This document shows positions 33,996 to 35,230 of a stretch of 35,230 bases of DNA, piece by piece. The DNA is taken from the IMG/VR virus record IMGVR_UViG_3300033076_000961, positions 1-35,230 of that record, one strand, 5' to 3'. This DNA comes from a virus. Lineage: Duplodnaviria > Caudoviricetes. The stretch's first letter is position 1. Every line of letters starts with the position of its first letter. The notes below the pieces were generated by a model, which worked only from the letters and a program-made list of their open reading frames with translations, was not told the DNA's origin and made no database searches. The translations under genes and the position numbers were made by a program.

Positions 33996-35230
33996 CCTTC
34001 GTTCCCGTCAAGATACCTCCGGGCGTCATTAGACAGGCGACGCCGTATGACAGTCCTAATTCTTGGTGGGACGGCTCCAACGTGCGATGGCTGTCTGGGG
34101 CGATCATGCCCATTGGCGGCAACACCCGCATCACAGCGCAACCGCTTTCCGCGAAAGTCCGCGCACTATTCAAATGGCGTGACAACGCTGCGCGCGAATG
34201 GGCTGCGATTGGCACGGAAGCAGGCGTCTCGGTTTTGTTTGGGTCGCTGGCTGACGTCACGCCGTCAGGTTTTGTGTCTATGAACGCCGTGTCTGGCGGT
34301 GGCTACGGTTCGCTGGCATACAACATTGAAGACTACGGCGATGCGCGCTCGACAAACCCGCCGATCTTCCGCAAGCCCGACCATTGGAGCTTTGCGTCGT
34401 TTGGTGAGGACTTGCTGGGCGTTTGTTCTTCTGACGGTCGCTTGCTGCATCTCGCGCCGACAACGGGCGTCATCCCTGCGATGGACGTTCCGTCGAACGC
34501 CCCAACGGGCAATGTCGGCGTCGCCGTGACGGCCGAACGCTCTGTCATGCTTATGGGCGCTGGCGGCAACCCGCGTCGTATTGCTTGGTCCGACCTCGAA
34601 AATTACAATGGCTGGACCTTCAATACGACCACCGGACAAGCGGGCTACATCGACCTTGAAGCGGCGTCCCCGATCATTACGGGCGTGCGCGTCAAGGAAG
34701 GTATCTTGGTCCTGACGCAGCACGAAGCGTTCTTGGTTCGCTATGTCGGCGCGCCGTACTTTTACGGCGTGGAGAAGCTGGGTTCGACGACGTTTTCGTC
34801 GCCCAATGCGATTGCGTCCGGCGGCTCCATGACTGTCTGGTTCGGTGAGGAAGGTTTCTGGCGCTACGACGGTGGCGCAATTCGCCTGCTTCCTTGCCCG
34901 ATGTGGAACGACATCAAGAACAATTACGACCCGCTCTACGGGAACTATCGTTCGCACATGCACGAGAATGGGGCTTACCCGGAGTTTTGGTTCGACTACC
35001 CAGACACTCATTCGAGCGACGGCGAGTGCAATAACTACGTGATCTGGAATTACTCCGAAAACTTCTGGATCAAAGGCGTTAGAGCGCGCACCGCTGCGTA
35101 CGGCGCGGTGACGGCGAACTATCCGATTGCTGCGGGAACAGACAACAACGTCTACCAGCACGAGGACGGCTGGACCGACTCCGGCGTGAGCCGCGTCGGC
35201 CAGGTGTACGCCGAGAGCGGCGCCATCCAG
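33992..35230 (+). CDS. Tail / packaged-DNA stabilisation (nozzle-like) protein, truncated by window edge
   Basis: Missing from the track because it has no stop; MTFVPVKIPPGV, WWDGSNVRW, WSFASFGEDL, RIAWSD, EFWFDYP. Confidence 0.75.
   Translation, partial: MTFVPVKIPPGVIRQATPYDSPNSWWDGSNVRWLSGAIMPIGGNTRITAQPLSAKVRALFKWRDNAAREWAAIGTEAGVSVLFGSLADVTPSGFVSMNAVSGGGYGSLAYNIEDYGDARSTNPPIFRKPDHWSFASFGEDLLGVCSSDGRLLHLAPTTGVIPAMDVPSNAPTGNVGVAVTAERSVMLMGAGGNPRRIAWSDLENYNGWTFNTTTGQAGYIDLEAASPIITGVRVKEGILVLTQHEAFLVRYVGAPYFYGVEKLGSTTFSSPNAIASGGSMTVWFGEEGFWRYDGGAIRLLPCPMWNDIKNNYDPLYGNYRSHMHENGAYPEFWFDYPDTHSSDGECNNYVIWNYSENFWIKGVRARTAAYGAVTANYPIAAGTDNNVYQHEDGWTDSGVSRVGQVYAESGAIQ

Larger units (their letters stand above)
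1..35230. mobile_element. Tailed dsDNA phage (Caudoviricetes, podovirus-like, probably temperate), partial genome
   Basis: Contiguous replication, lysogeny, packaging, capsid and tail modules; no host housekeeping genes; no tape measure or sheath gene in the window. Confidence 0.95.

Noticed and set aside
34265-35161. 298 aa minus-strand ORF, and similar antisense ORFs (e.g. 24362-25042, 8943-9554, 5582-6121)
   Set aside because: Shadow frames opposite well-supported genes in GC-rich DNA; no motifs
1-35230. tRNA/rRNA genes, lysis cassette, tape measure
   Set aside because: None recognised; lysis and internal virion genes probably lie outside the window

Overview
The whole window is part of a tailed dsDNA phage genome, probably a temperate podovirus-like phage of an alphaproteobacterium; I recognised no host genes. 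Left arm (minus strand, 1-11002): an array of small accessory genes joined by shared DNA repeats, then family A DNA polymerase, DUF6378, DUF2815 SSB, DUF2800/Cas4-like nuclease, SNF2 helicase, RuvC-like resolvase and a Cro-like gene. Centre (plus strand): XRE repressor, excisionase-like HTH, tyrosine integrase, primase-helicase and an iteron/cruciform origin. An inverted island (15532-19184) encodes a CobS/MoxR-like AAA+ ATPase and a CobT-like VWA protein. Right arm (plus strand): terminases, portal, scaffold, major capsid protein, adaptor, tail fibres and a truncated tail/nozzle gene. Most notable: (1) a perfect chromosome-type parS (18854-18869) with no parA/parB in the window, within 1 kb of a Zur-box-like palindrome, two IHF-like sites and a dif/att-like inverted repeat; (2) the repeat-bounded gene cassette array at 1526-3829; (3) a dispersed, largely intergenic ACAAGACA octamer; (4) a large terminase with Gly in place of its first nuclease Asp and a long N-terminal extension hiding a nested ORF. 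All calls come from reading motifs by eye; no database searches were run.
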